This document shows, one piece after another, positions 18,490 to 26,893 of a DNA stretch of 64,000 nt (position 1 is the first letter of the stretch; each line of letters begins with the position of its first letter). Under the pieces are notes generated by a model. That model was not told the DNA's origin, did no database searches, and saw only the letters and a program-made list of their open reading frames with translations. The position numbers and the translations under genes are program-made. The DNA comes from an uncultured bacterium (GTDB lineage: Bacteria > Verrucomicrobiota > Kiritimatiellia > CAIVKH01). Location of the stretch: positions 35,981-99,980 of the forward strand of contig CAIVKH010000124.1 of the NCBI GenBank assembly GCA_903906425.1, given 5' to 3'.

Positions 18490-18815
18490 TGCTCTCGATT
18501 CGCCCGCTTTCTGTCAAAATATGGCTCAAATGCTATCGGGAATGATTCCCGATGTCAATTGAGCCATTCCCGAGGCGGAACAGGACGAGTCACAGGCCCG
18601 TCCATTGGCGTACGACCCCCAGCAAGGCAAGTCACGGCCACAAAAAGACGTTCCCAGATGGCGGCAAGTCATATCGGGGGCGCAGCAGGGCAAGTCCGAG
18701 ATGCATCAAGCCAAGTCGAAATGGCGACAAGACGGGTACAGATGGCAAAACATGGAATCGCTCTGGGAAACAGCCGGTCCGCAATGGCCCCACATCGCGC
18801 CGGGGCTTCTTCCAT

Positions 18816-18893
18816 TTTGGACTGCGGCAGTCCCCTGCCGCTATCGCCCGCGACCCGGCATTCCAAAGCGCCAGAGGACTGGCGCAGTCCAAA
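18816..18893. other. Structured element: twin GGACTG-NNN-CAGTCC hairpins with alternative pairings.
   Basis: GGACTG-CGG-CAGTCC at 18819-18833 and GGACTG-GCG-CAGTCC at 18876-18890. An overlapping alternative GCGCCAG-AGGA-CTGGCGC spans 18868-18885. An 11-nt long-range complement pairs TTTGGACTGCG (18816-18826) with CGCAGTCCAAA (18883-18893). Confidence 0.6.
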
Positions 18894-18994
18894 GCCCGTT
18901 TGCCCTCCGGCCCCATGCAGGCCCGCATCGCACGAGTTGCGCGAATGCACCGGCGCGTGATGGATGCCCGGGCGCGGCGAATCTGCTGGCAACC

Positions 18995-21181
18995 ATGAAA
19001 CAAACCCCGCTGATCAAACACCTATATATAGGAAAAGCGCTTTCCTTGATTCTGCTCGCCGCCGCCGCCCGCGCCGGCGACGCGCCCGCAATCTTCTGGG
19101 CCTCCGACCCCGTGCGCCCCGGCGAAACCGTCGTCCTGCAAGGCGCGAATTTCGGGACGAATGCGCGAGTGGAAATCATGGGACTGGCGGAAGGCGTTTC
19201 GACATTTGCCAAAGTTCTGCAACAGGACGATTCCAATCTGAAGTTCACGATTCCAGCCAGTTTCGCGATGGGAAATTTTATTTGCCGCGTCCTGGCTTCC
19301 GATCACGACGAGTGCAAAACAGTTTTGAATTTGCCGGACGTCTGGTGGCTTCAGGGCGACGGCGGCGACTTTGCGACGCCGGGCGGATGGATTCGCGCTT
19401 TTGGCAAATCCCTGAATTTTGGCGGAAAGAACAAGGTCGGTCTGGACGGACCATCCTCTCCGGCGGGATGTGTGTTGTCGGCCACCGGGGACTGCCATTC
19501 ACTTTTGGTCGAGGTGCCCTCAATTCTTAAGCCGGGTGAGTACCATTTTGAATTGGGCGACGGTTTTGGTGGTAAAGAAACATGGAAGACCGCTGGTTTG
19601 ATCCGCATCACAGTGCCGCCCGCGTGGCCGACGAACGTCTTCAGCGTGGTCGAGGCGCTGGGCAAGGACGCGGAAAAGGAGATGCGGAAGTCGCTGGTTA
19701 AATATCGCGAGGTGAAGGATGGCACGGCGGGAATTCTGGCGGCGCTGAAGAAGGCGAAGGATAACGGCGGCGGTGTCGTTTATTTTCCGGCGGGCCGTTA
19801 CGGCATCACGAACGAAATGGCGGTGCCGCCAAAAACGATTGTGCGCGGCGAGGGCGAGGGACTGGTCGTTTTGTGGTGGGGCAAGGGCCGCTTCAATCTC
19901 GATGGCGGTTCGGACTTCGGCTACGCGCGGAAGGAAAATGAGGCGAAGCCATCGGCAAGCCTGATTTCCGGCCGCGACTTCACGGTCGAGAACATGAGCA
20001 TCTACGTTCCGCCGGATTATCAGACGGTGATCGACGGTCAGGAGAACGTCCGCGTGCGTCACGTGCGGATGCGGATCGATCACTACTGGACGCTGCACAC
20101 GCAGCGCTACGAGGGATGGTTCGCGCGGCTCGGAAAAAACTGCGAGGTGACGGACTGCGACATTCAGGCGAAGGGCGGAGGAATTTCGCCGGGTTCGTAT
20201 TGCTGGATCGCGCGCAACAAAGTCACCGCGGGGAAAACTCCCTGCCCGCTCGGCGGCGCGCGGCAGGTGATCGTCGAGGACAACGAGTTCATCAGCACGC
20301 ATCCGACCGCGTACCAGAACATCGCGGGCCACGGGAAAAACATTTACTACGCGCGCAACACGCACACCGCGCTGAACACGCATCAGGCCGATTATTCGTT
20401 CACGTTCGACACCGGAATGTCCGCGTATGTCGGAAAAATCGCCGAGGCCGGCGGGACGAATCTCGTCCTCGCCGCCGATCCGGTTTTCCCGCCGTGGGCA
20501 AAGGAGGACAGCCGGTACTGGAAGGAAGCGGTCGTCTGCATCCTCGACGGGAAGGGCGCGGGGCAGTATCGCGATGTCACGTCGAATCACGGCCGCGCGT
20601 GGACGATCGACCGTCCGTTCGATGTCGCGCCGGACCAGACTTCGGCTGTGACGACCGTGCCGTTCAACGGACGCGTGCTCGTCATCGGCAACCGCTTCGA
20701 GGACGCGAACTGGGTGAACGCCGGCTTCGGAACCTCGATCGATGTGATCTACGCGAACAACAAGCTCGTCCGCTGCGCGCAGCTTCTGAACCACGGCCTC
20801 GAAACGAAGGGCCACATCCAGCCGTCGTGGTACGTGCAATATCTCGACAACGAAATGTCCGAAGGCCAGACCTCGCTCGACATCGGAGGCGACCAGCGCG
20901 GCCGCGACATCTACGCCGGCCCCATCACTCGCTGCGTCGTCGCCCGCCGCAATTCCTTTTCGTCCGACAACAGCGGCAGCATCAGCGTCGCCGGCAACGC
21001 GCGCGACGTGCTCGTGGAAGACAGCGTGTTTCGCCGCCCCGAATGCTTCATCAAGGCGGATGGTGACGCAACGGGCCTCGTATTCCGGAATAACAAGTTC
21101 GAAGCCGGCCCGCCGCGCTACGAAGGAAATCAAATCTCGAATGCGGTCGTCGTGCCCGCGCCGGTGATGGGGACGAAGTAA
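18995..21181 (+). CDS. Secreted right-handed beta-helix (pectate-lyase superfamily) protein.
   Basis: Signal peptide MKQTPLIKHLYIGKALSLILLAAAARAGDA. The GGGVVYFPAGRYGITNEMAVPPKTIVRGEG block is typical of Pectate_lyase_3 / tailspike-like domains. The ORF-track N-terminus (18605-18994) is noncoding-looking. Confidence 0.65.
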   Translation: MKQTPLIKHLYIGKALSLILLAAAARAGDAPAIFWASDPVRPGETVVLQGANFGTNARVEIMGLAEGVSTFAKVLQQDDSNLKFTIPASFAMGNFICRVLASDHDECKTVLNLPDVWWLQGDGGDFATPGGWIRAFGKSLNFGGKNKVGLDGPSSPAGCVLSATGDCHSLLVEVPSILKPGEYHFELGDGFGGKETWKTAGLIRITVPPAWPTNVFSVVEALGKDAEKEMRKSLVKYREVKDGTAGILAALKKAKDNGGGVVYFPAGRYGITNEMAVPPKTIVRGEGEGLVVLWWGKGRFNLDGGSDFGYARKENEAKPSASLISGRDFTVENMSIYVPPDYQTVIDGQENVRVRHVRMRIDHYWTLHTQRYEGWFARLGKNCEVTDCDIQAKGGGISPGSYCWIARNKVTAGKTPCPLGGARQVIVEDNEFISTHPTAYQNIAGHGKNIYYARNTHTALNTHQADYSFTFDTGMSAYVGKIAEAGGTNLVLAADPVFPPWAKEDSRYWKEAVVCILDGKGAGQYRDVTSNHGRAWTIDRPFDVAPDQTSAVTTVPFNGRVLVIGNRFEDANWVNAGFGTSIDVIYANNKLVRCAQLLNHGLETKGHIQPSWYVQYLDNEMSEGQTSLDIGGDQRGRDIYAGPITRCVVARRNSFSSDNSGSISVAGNARDVLVEDSVFRRPECFIKADGDATGLVFRNNKFEAGPPRYEGNQISNAVVVPAPVMGTK

Positions 21182-21235
21182 TCCGGCCAATTCCAGGCTT
21201 GTCGCGCCAGCGGTCTCAACGCCATTCTGCGCGCC

Positions 21236-22105
21236 ATGAAACGCATCCTTCTTTTTCTGGTTTTGTGGGTCCCGGCGCTCTGCGGTTTTGCCGTGCCCGA
21301 TGAGCAGACGCTGGTCAACGACACGAAGCAGAAGGTCCTTCCACCCGCGCAGCAGTTGCTCGACGAGGTCATCCGCGCGCTGCCGGCCATACCTCTGCAA
21401 ATCAACGGAACATTGCAATCGAAGACGACGGACGGAAAAACCGACCGCAAGATGCAGCTCGAAATGCTGCTGGACTGGCAGGCGCAGCCGCCGCAGGCGC
21501 GCTACACGATCCGCGACAATTTCGGCCGGCCGCTGAAATTTCTCAGCGTCACCTGGCCCGCCGGCGCGGAACCGGAATATCACTTCATGCAGGGCGATCC
21601 GCTCGTCGGCGCGCCGCTGCCGCCGCTCGGCGAACAGATCGAGGAAACGGACATCACGTGGATTGATTTGAGTCTGTCGTTCCTGCGCTGGAAGAACGGC
21701 CGCACGAGCGGCGGCGAGGAAGTCCGCGGCCGCGATTGCTACGTGGTGGACATTGACGCGCCGAAAGGCACGCCCGGCTATTCCGGCGTCCGCCTGTGGC
21801 TCGAACCGAAAATTCACATTTTGTTGCGCGCCGAGTCGTATAACGAAAAGGTCGAACTGATGCGCCGGCTCGACGTGAAGAGCTTCAAGAAAATCAACGA
21901 CCGCTGGTTCGTCGGCGAGATCGAGCTGCAAAGTTTTCCATCGAAGCACCGCACGTACCTGCGCGTGCAGTCGGTCTATGACCGCGAGCGCAAACAATAT
22001 CTCTCTCGCGATACCGCCGCGGGCGACGAACAGGCGCAACCGACAAATCAGGTCATGGACAAAATCGAAATCCCGGCGACCACGACTCCGCCGCCGGTGA
22101 AATGA
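21236..22105 (+). CDS. Secreted LolA-fold 'outer membrane lipoprotein-sorting' family protein (tentative).
   Basis: Signal peptide MKRILLFLVLWVPALCGFA. The block RGRDCYVVDI...LWLEPKIHILLRAESYNEKVELMRRLDVKSFKKINDRWF resembles that family. Confidence 0.45.
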   Translation: MKRILLFLVLWVPALCGFAVPDEQTLVNDTKQKVLPPAQQLLDEVIRALPAIPLQINGTLQSKTTDGKTDRKMQLEMLLDWQAQPPQARYTIRDNFGRPLKFLSVTWPAGAEPEYHFMQGDPLVGAPLPPLGEQIEETDITWIDLSLSFLRWKNGRTSGGEEVRGRDCYVVDIDAPKGTPGYSGVRLWLEPKIHILLRAESYNEKVELMRRLDVKSFKKINDRWFVGEIELQSFPSKHRTYLRVQSVYDRERKQYLSRDTAAGDEQAQPTNQVMDKIEIPATTTPPPVK

Positions 22106-22133
22106 GCGCTTGGATTTCGGAGAGGATCGGAAA

Positions 22134-23666
22134 ATGAAACGTTCTTGTTTGCTTGTCGCGCTGGTCGCCGTCGCGGCCTTGTCATCGCAGTCGCTGCTCC
22201 GGGCCGGCGATGCGCCGTCCATGCGGCCCAATATCATTTTCATTCTCACCGACGATCTCGGCTATGGCGACATCGGGCCCTTCGGCCAGAAGATCATTCA
22301 CACGCCGACGCTCGACAAGCTCGCCGCCGGCGGGATGAAATTCACGCAGCATTACGCCGGTACCGCCGTCTGTGCGCCGTCACGTTGCGTATTGATGACA
22401 GGCAAACATCCGGGCCACGCGTTCATCCGCGACAACAAGGAGGTTGGCACATGGTATTCCGGCGGCGGGCAGTTTCCGATTCCCGAAACCGAAACGACCA
22501 TCGCGACGGTTTTGAAAGCGGTCGGCTATGCGACCGGCGCGTTCGGCAAGTGGGGACTCGGCGGAGTCGGCTCGTCGGGCGATCCGCTCAAGCACGGTTT
22601 CGATCATTTCTTCGGCTTCAACGACCAGCGACAGGCTCACAATTATTTTCCACAGTACCTGAATGACGACGAAGAACAATTCCCGCTGCCCGGAAATTCG
22701 GGCGTCGTCACGACGGAGGGCTTGTCGCTGGCGAAAGGTTCCGACGCGAACGATCCGGCGAGCTACGCCAGCTTCATCGGCAAGCAGTACGCTCCCGATT
22801 TGTGCTGCGAGCGCGCGACGAAGTTCATCCGCGAAAACAAGGACAAGCCGTTCTTCCTTTATTATCCGACGACCGTGCCGCATCTCGCATTGCAGGTGCC
22901 GGAGGATTCGCTCGCCGAATACAAAGGCAAGCTCGATGACAAGCCGTACACCGGCGGCAACGGTTATCTGCCCCAGCAATATCCGCACGCCGCGTACGCC
23001 GCGATGATCACGCGGATGGACCGCGACATCGGCCGCATGATCGAACTCGTCCGTGAACTCGGCATCGAGGACCGGACGATCATCGTTTTCACGTCCGACA
23101 ACGGCGCGGTGTATCCGCTCTCCGGCTTCGATCCTGAATATTTCAAATCCAACGGCGATTTGCGCGGCTTCAAAGGTTCCTGCTACGAAGGCGGAATCCG
23201 CGAGCCGCTCATCGTCGCGTGGAAAGGCCACGTCGCGGCCGGAAAAGTTTCGGACCGCGTGACCGGCTTCGAGGACTGGCTGCCTACGCTGGCCGAGCTT
23301 TGCGATGAGAAGCACTCCGAACCAAAGAGCATTGACGGAATCAGCTTCGCGCCGACGCTGCTCGGCAGGGAACAGCCGCCGCGCGAATTCCTGTACCGCG
23401 AGCACCACGGCTACGGCGGCCAGCAATATGTCCGCTCCGGCGACTGGGTGGCCCTCCGCGAAAAGCTGCTACCGGCCGGAAAAAAGAAAACGCCCGCCCC
23501 GGTTTCGGTGCCGAAGACGATGCTCTTCGATCTCGCGAAAGATCCGCAGCAAAAAACCGACGTGGCCGCGGAACATCCCGACATCGTCGCGCGGCTCGAA
23601 AAAATCATGGCCGAACAGCACACGCCGTCACCGGAATTCCCGATTCCGGTGTTGGACGGGAAATAG
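22134..23666 (+). CDS. Arylsulfatase (formylglycine-dependent sulfatase family).
   Basis: PNIIFILTDDLGYGD...CAPSRCVLMTGK carries the CxPxR sulfatase signature. Signal peptide present. ATG 22134 is preceded by GGAGAGGA. Confidence 0.9.
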   Translation: MKRSCLLVALVAVAALSSQSLLRAGDAPSMRPNIIFILTDDLGYGDIGPFGQKIIHTPTLDKLAAGGMKFTQHYAGTAVCAPSRCVLMTGKHPGHAFIRDNKEVGTWYSGGGQFPIPETETTIATVLKAVGYATGAFGKWGLGGVGSSGDPLKHGFDHFFGFNDQRQAHNYFPQYLNDDEEQFPLPGNSGVVTTEGLSLAKGSDANDPASYASFIGKQYAPDLCCERATKFIRENKDKPFFLYYPTTVPHLALQVPEDSLAEYKGKLDDKPYTGGNGYLPQQYPHAAYAAMITRMDRDIGRMIELVRELGIEDRTIIVFTSDNGAVYPLSGFDPEYFKSNGDLRGFKGSCYEGGIREPLIVAWKGHVAAGKVSDRVTGFEDWLPTLAELCDEKHSEPKSIDGISFAPTLLGREQPPREFLYREHHGYGGQQYVRSGDWVALREKLLPAGKKKTPAPVSVPKTMLFDLAKDPQQKTDVAAEHPDIVARLEKIMAEQHTPSPEFPIPVLDGK

Positions 23667-23671
23667 AGAAG

Positions 23672-23719
23672 TTCCAATGATTGGAAAAGTCCGGTGGCGT
23701 AATCTTCCAATGATTGGAA
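23672..23719. repeat. REP cluster 6: two copies.
   Basis: 23672-23686 and 23705-23719. Together they fill almost the whole 61-bp intergenic gap. Confidence 0.95.
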
Positions 23720-23727
23720 ATTGACGC

Positions 23728-24957
23728 ATGAACAAAAACTCCGGCGAAACTTCTCCTGCGGGCCGCGCACGCTGGCTGAACCGCACCGTGCTGGGCATCG
23801 GGCTGGCATCGCTGCTGAGCGACTGGTCGCACGAAATGGCGACGACGGTCATGCCGGCGTTTCTCGCGACGATGGGCGTCGCCGCGGCGTGGCTCGGTTT
23901 GATCGAAGGCGTTTCGGACGGGCTTTCCAGCTTCGCGAAAATGGCGTCGGGCTATTACACCGACAAACTCCAGCGGCGAAAACCGATCGCGGTCGCCGGT
24001 TATTTCGTCACCGCGCTCGGCACCGCGTCGTTCGCGCTGGCGACGTCGGCGTGGCACGTCCTGCTGTCGCGCGCCTGCGCGTGGCTCGGGCGCGGGGTGC
24101 GCACGCCGATCCGCAAGGCGCTGCTGGCCGCGGCCGTCACGCGCGAAACTTACGGGCGCGCGTTCGGCTTCGAGCGGATGATGGACACGTGCGGCGCGAT
24201 CGTCGGGCCCGCGACGGCGTTCCTGCTTTTGCAGGCGTTTCATCATCATTACTCGAAGCTGTTCGCGGTCACGCTCATTCCCGGTCTCGCCGCCGCGGGC
24301 CTGATGGCATTTGTCGTGAAGGAAAAAGAGCGGCGGCCGGTCAAACATATTTCATTTGGCAAACGGCTGCGGATGCTGCCGGCGGCCTACCGCAAATTTC
24401 TCGTCGCGGTCGGACTTTTTGGCGCGGGCGATTTCGCGCACACGATGTTGATTTTGCTGGCGGCTCAAAAACTCGCGCCGGTGCTCGGCGCGACGAAGGC
24501 GGCCAGCATCGCGGTCGGACTTTATGTGCTGCACAATATTTTTTACGCGACGTTCGCGGGCGTCGCCGGCTGTCTGGCCGACCGCTTTCCCAAGCCGCGC
24601 GTTCTCGCCTGCGGCTACGCGCTCGGCGCCGCGATGGCGCTGACGATCATCGTCGCGCCGGCGGCGGTCTGGACGTTCGTGCTGATTTTTCTGCTCGGCG
24701 GAATTTATGTCGCGATCGAGGAGACGCTCGAAGATTCGATGTGCGCGGAACTCGTCGGCGAGGAACATCACGGCATGGCGTTCGGCGTGCTGGCGACGGT
24801 CAACGGGGCCGGCGATTTTCTGTCGAGCATCATTGTCGGCGCGCTCTGGAGCGGCATCGGGATCGGGGCGGCCTTCGGCTACAGTGCCGTGCTATTCGTC
24901 GCGGGCGCGGTGCTGGTGCTCGGAATCCGCGCGCCGGTTGCCCGCGCGGCTGCGTGA
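23728..24957 (+). CDS. MFS transporter.
   Basis: 409 aa with about 12 hydrophobic segments and a YYTDKLQRRKP loop between TM2 and TM3. Confidence 0.75.
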   Translation: MNKNSGETSPAGRARWLNRTVLGIGLASLLSDWSHEMATTVMPAFLATMGVAAAWLGLIEGVSDGLSSFAKMASGYYTDKLQRRKPIAVAGYFVTALGTASFALATSAWHVLLSRACAWLGRGVRTPIRKALLAAAVTRETYGRAFGFERMMDTCGAIVGPATAFLLLQAFHHHYSKLFAVTLIPGLAAAGLMAFVVKEKERRPVKHISFGKRLRMLPAAYRKFLVAVGLFGAGDFAHTMLILLAAQKLAPVLGATKAASIAVGLYVLHNIFYATFAGVAGCLADRFPKPRVLACGYALGAAMALTIIVAPAAVWTFVLIFLLGGIYVAIEETLEDSMCAELVGEEHHGMAFGVLATVNGAGDFLSSIIVGALWSGIGIGAAFGYSAVLFVAGAVLVLGIRAPVARAAA

Positions 24958-25003
24958 TTGACGCCGCGCGGCCCGGCGTGGTTTGCTACCCGCGACAAAT
25001 CTC

Positions 25004-25393
25004 GTGAGCAAACTCGTTCCATTTATTTTCGTCGGACTGGGCGGCGCGGCCGGCTCGCTGCTGCGCTACGGTTTCACGCTCATGCTCCAGCGCTGGACCG
25101 TCACGATGCCGTTCGGCACGCTTGCGTCGAATCTCATCGGCTGCTTCGTCATCGGCCTGATCACCGAAACCGCGGCGCGCGGCGGGCTGATCACGCCGAA
25201 CACGCGTCTGCTGCTGGCGACGGGTTTTTGCGGCGGGCTGACGACGATGTCGTCGTTCATTTATGAATCCGGAAAATTCTCGCAGGAATCCGAGTGGTTC
25301 CTCGGCCTCCTTTATTTCGGCGGCACGCTGATCGGCTGCATGGCCGCCTACCTCGCCGCCATCGCGGTGATCCGGACGCTTCTTCCACAATAG
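25004..25393 (+). CDS. crcB: Fluoride ion channel CrcB/FluC.
   Basis: FVGLGGAAGSLLRYG...FGTLASNLIGCFVIG...TGFCGGLTTMSSF. Start ambiguous: GTG 25004 gives a typical 129 aa, TTG 24983 is also possible. Confidence 0.85.
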   Translation: MSKLVPFIFVGLGGAAGSLLRYGFTLMLQRWTVTMPFGTLASNLIGCFVIGLITETAARGGLITPNTRLLLATGFCGGLTTMSSFIYESGKFSQESEWFLGLLYFGGTLIGCMAAYLAAIAVIRTLLPQ

Positions 25394-25401
25394 GTGAAAT
25401 C

Positions 25402-25755
25402 ATGGAACTCCAAGGCGAAGCCAAACTCCTGCGCATCTTCATCGGCGAGGCCGACAAGCTGCACCACACCGCGCTGCACGAGGTGATCGTGAAGGCCGCG
25501 CGCGCCGAACATCTGGCCGGCGCGACCGTCTGGCGCGGCATTCTCGGCTACGGCCCCACCAGCAAAATCCGCTCCGCAAAAATTCTCGACCTGTCCAGCG
25601 ACCTGCCGGTCATCATCGAGATCGTGGACGAGGAAAAAAAGATCGAGGCCTTCCTGCCGAAGCTGCACGAAATTTTTGAGCAGGCAGGCTCCGGCGGCCT
25701 GGTCACCGTCGAAAAAGTCCACATCATCCGCTACGTCCACGGCGACAACGCCTGA
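25402..25755 (+). CDS. DUF190 (PII-like) protein commonly linked to crcB.
   Basis: MELQGEAKLLRIFIGEADKLHHTALHEVIV...GATVWRGILGYG. Starts 8 nt after crcB. Confidence 0.7.
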   Translation: MELQGEAKLLRIFIGEADKLHHTALHEVIVKAARAEHLAGATVWRGILGYGPTSKIRSAKILDLSSDLPVIIEIVDEEKKIEAFLPKLHEIFEQAGSGGLVTVEKVHIIRYVHGDNA

Positions 25756-25774
25756 TCCCGCCGCGCACCGATTT

Positions 25775-25821
25775 TTCCAATGATTGGAAATTGCGGCGGC
25801 GGTTTTTTCCAATCATTGGAA
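25775..25821. repeat. REP cluster 7: two copies.
   Basis: 25775-25789 (G centre) and 25807-25821 (C centre), between convergent genes. Confidence 0.95.
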
Positions 25822-25854
25822 AACCCGCAGACGTCTGCCGGCCGGCGCTGAAAT

Positions 25855-26892
25855 TTATCGCGGCGGAGCGCCGGCGGGGCGCTCGCTGAGATCCTTGTCC
25901 GGGCGGAATAATTCGATCCAGCTTCCAATGCCGTAGGCCAGGTGCATGACGGGCACGACGAAAAGGAGCAGGGCGGTTTCGGCGCGTTTTGTTTGCGCGA
26001 GCATCGTCAGCGTCACGTAGAGATCAACGACGAGATACAGCGCCATGTCGAGGCCGAGAAGCGACCGCGCGAGTGGGAAGAAAAATGCGAGCGGGACGAG
26101 CGCTGCGAGCGACGCGATCCACGCCATCGGCGCGAGCGTCGAGATTTCATTTTCGACACCGGCGCGCACGAGGCGGATGCGGGTGGCGCCGTAGCCGTGC
26201 ATCTGTTTCCAGAATTTTTGCGGCGACTGGCGCGGATAGTGATAGACCCAGGCGTCGGGGTGAAACATCAGCTTGTGGCCTGCCTGCTGTGCGCGGAACG
26301 CGGCGATCATTTCCTCGCCGGGCCAGAAGTCGGCGGGAAAGCCCTTGATTTCTTCCCAGACTTTTTTGCGGTAGGCGGAATTGCAGCCGATGATTTTCGA
26401 CCACTTGATCGCCAGCGGCTGCGTCTTGCCGGCGGTGTAGCGGAAGGCGACGTAGCCGGCGGCGGGCGATGAAAGCGCCGTGCCCGCGAGCCGCGCAAAA
26501 AGTCCGACGTCCGGCGGCACGAGGCTCGGCCCGCTGCAAATGCCTACCGACGGATCGGAAAATACCGCCGTGATTTTTTCGGGCCAGTCCGGCGCGACGA
26601 CGACGTCGTCGTCGAGGAAAACAACGAGATCCGTTTTCGCCTCGCGCGCCCCGGCATTCTTCTTTTCGCTCGAATCGCCGGCGGGGAAGGAGACGGAAAG
26701 ATGTTTGATGTTCGGGAATTTCGCGACCAGCGCCCGGACTTCGCGCAGGACATTCGGCTCGTGAATTTCACCGCAGACATAAATATCGAGGCGGTCAAAG
26801 CCGATGCAGCGCGAAAGGGAATTCAACGTCTGGACCAAAATCGGACGGCCCAGCGTCGGGATGACGACGGAGATTCGCGGCTGAGTTTCCAT
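25855..26892 (-). CDS. GT2 glycosyltransferase with a C-terminal membrane domain.
   Basis: METQPRISVVIPTLGRP...VVFLDDDVVV (DxD), then 3-4 TM helices. Start ATG 26892 lies 1 nt after the upstream stop. Confidence 0.75.
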   Translation of the reverse strand: METQPRISVVIPTLGRPILVQTLNSLSRCIGFDRLDIYVCGEIHEPNVLREVRALVAKFPNIKHLSVSFPAGDSSEKKNAGAREAKTDLVVFLDDDVVVAPDWPEKITAVFSDPSVGICSGPSLVPPDVGLFARLAGTALSSPAAGYVAFRYTAGKTQPLAIKWSKIIGCNSAYRKKVWEEIKGFPADFWPGEEMIAAFRAQQAGHKLMFHPDAWVYHYPRQSPQKFWKQMHGYGATRIRLVRAGVENEISTLAPMAWIASLAALVPLAFFFPLARSLLGLDMALYLVVDLYVTLTMLAQTKRAETALLLFVVPVMHLAYGIGSWIELFRPDKDLSERPAGAPPR

Positions 26893-26893
26893 G

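Noticed and set aside
18605-18994. Coding potential of the region upstream of the beta-helix gene (ORFs 18605.., 18427..18960, 18552..18998 and several minus-strand ORFs).
   Set aside because: Five overlapping ORFs in different frames, all with odd composition (Gln/Arg/Trp/Lys runs), and none has a recognisable motif. The downstream ATG at 18995 gives a clean signal peptide. I treated the region as noncoding or structured.
24958-25003. A fluoride (crcB-motif) riboswitch upstream of crcB.
   Set aside because: The gap after the MFS gene is under 50 nt, and the gap upstream of the MFS gene is filled by a REP doublet. I saw nothing resembling the conserved crcB-motif core. This was a check by eye only; an Infernal scan would be decisive.
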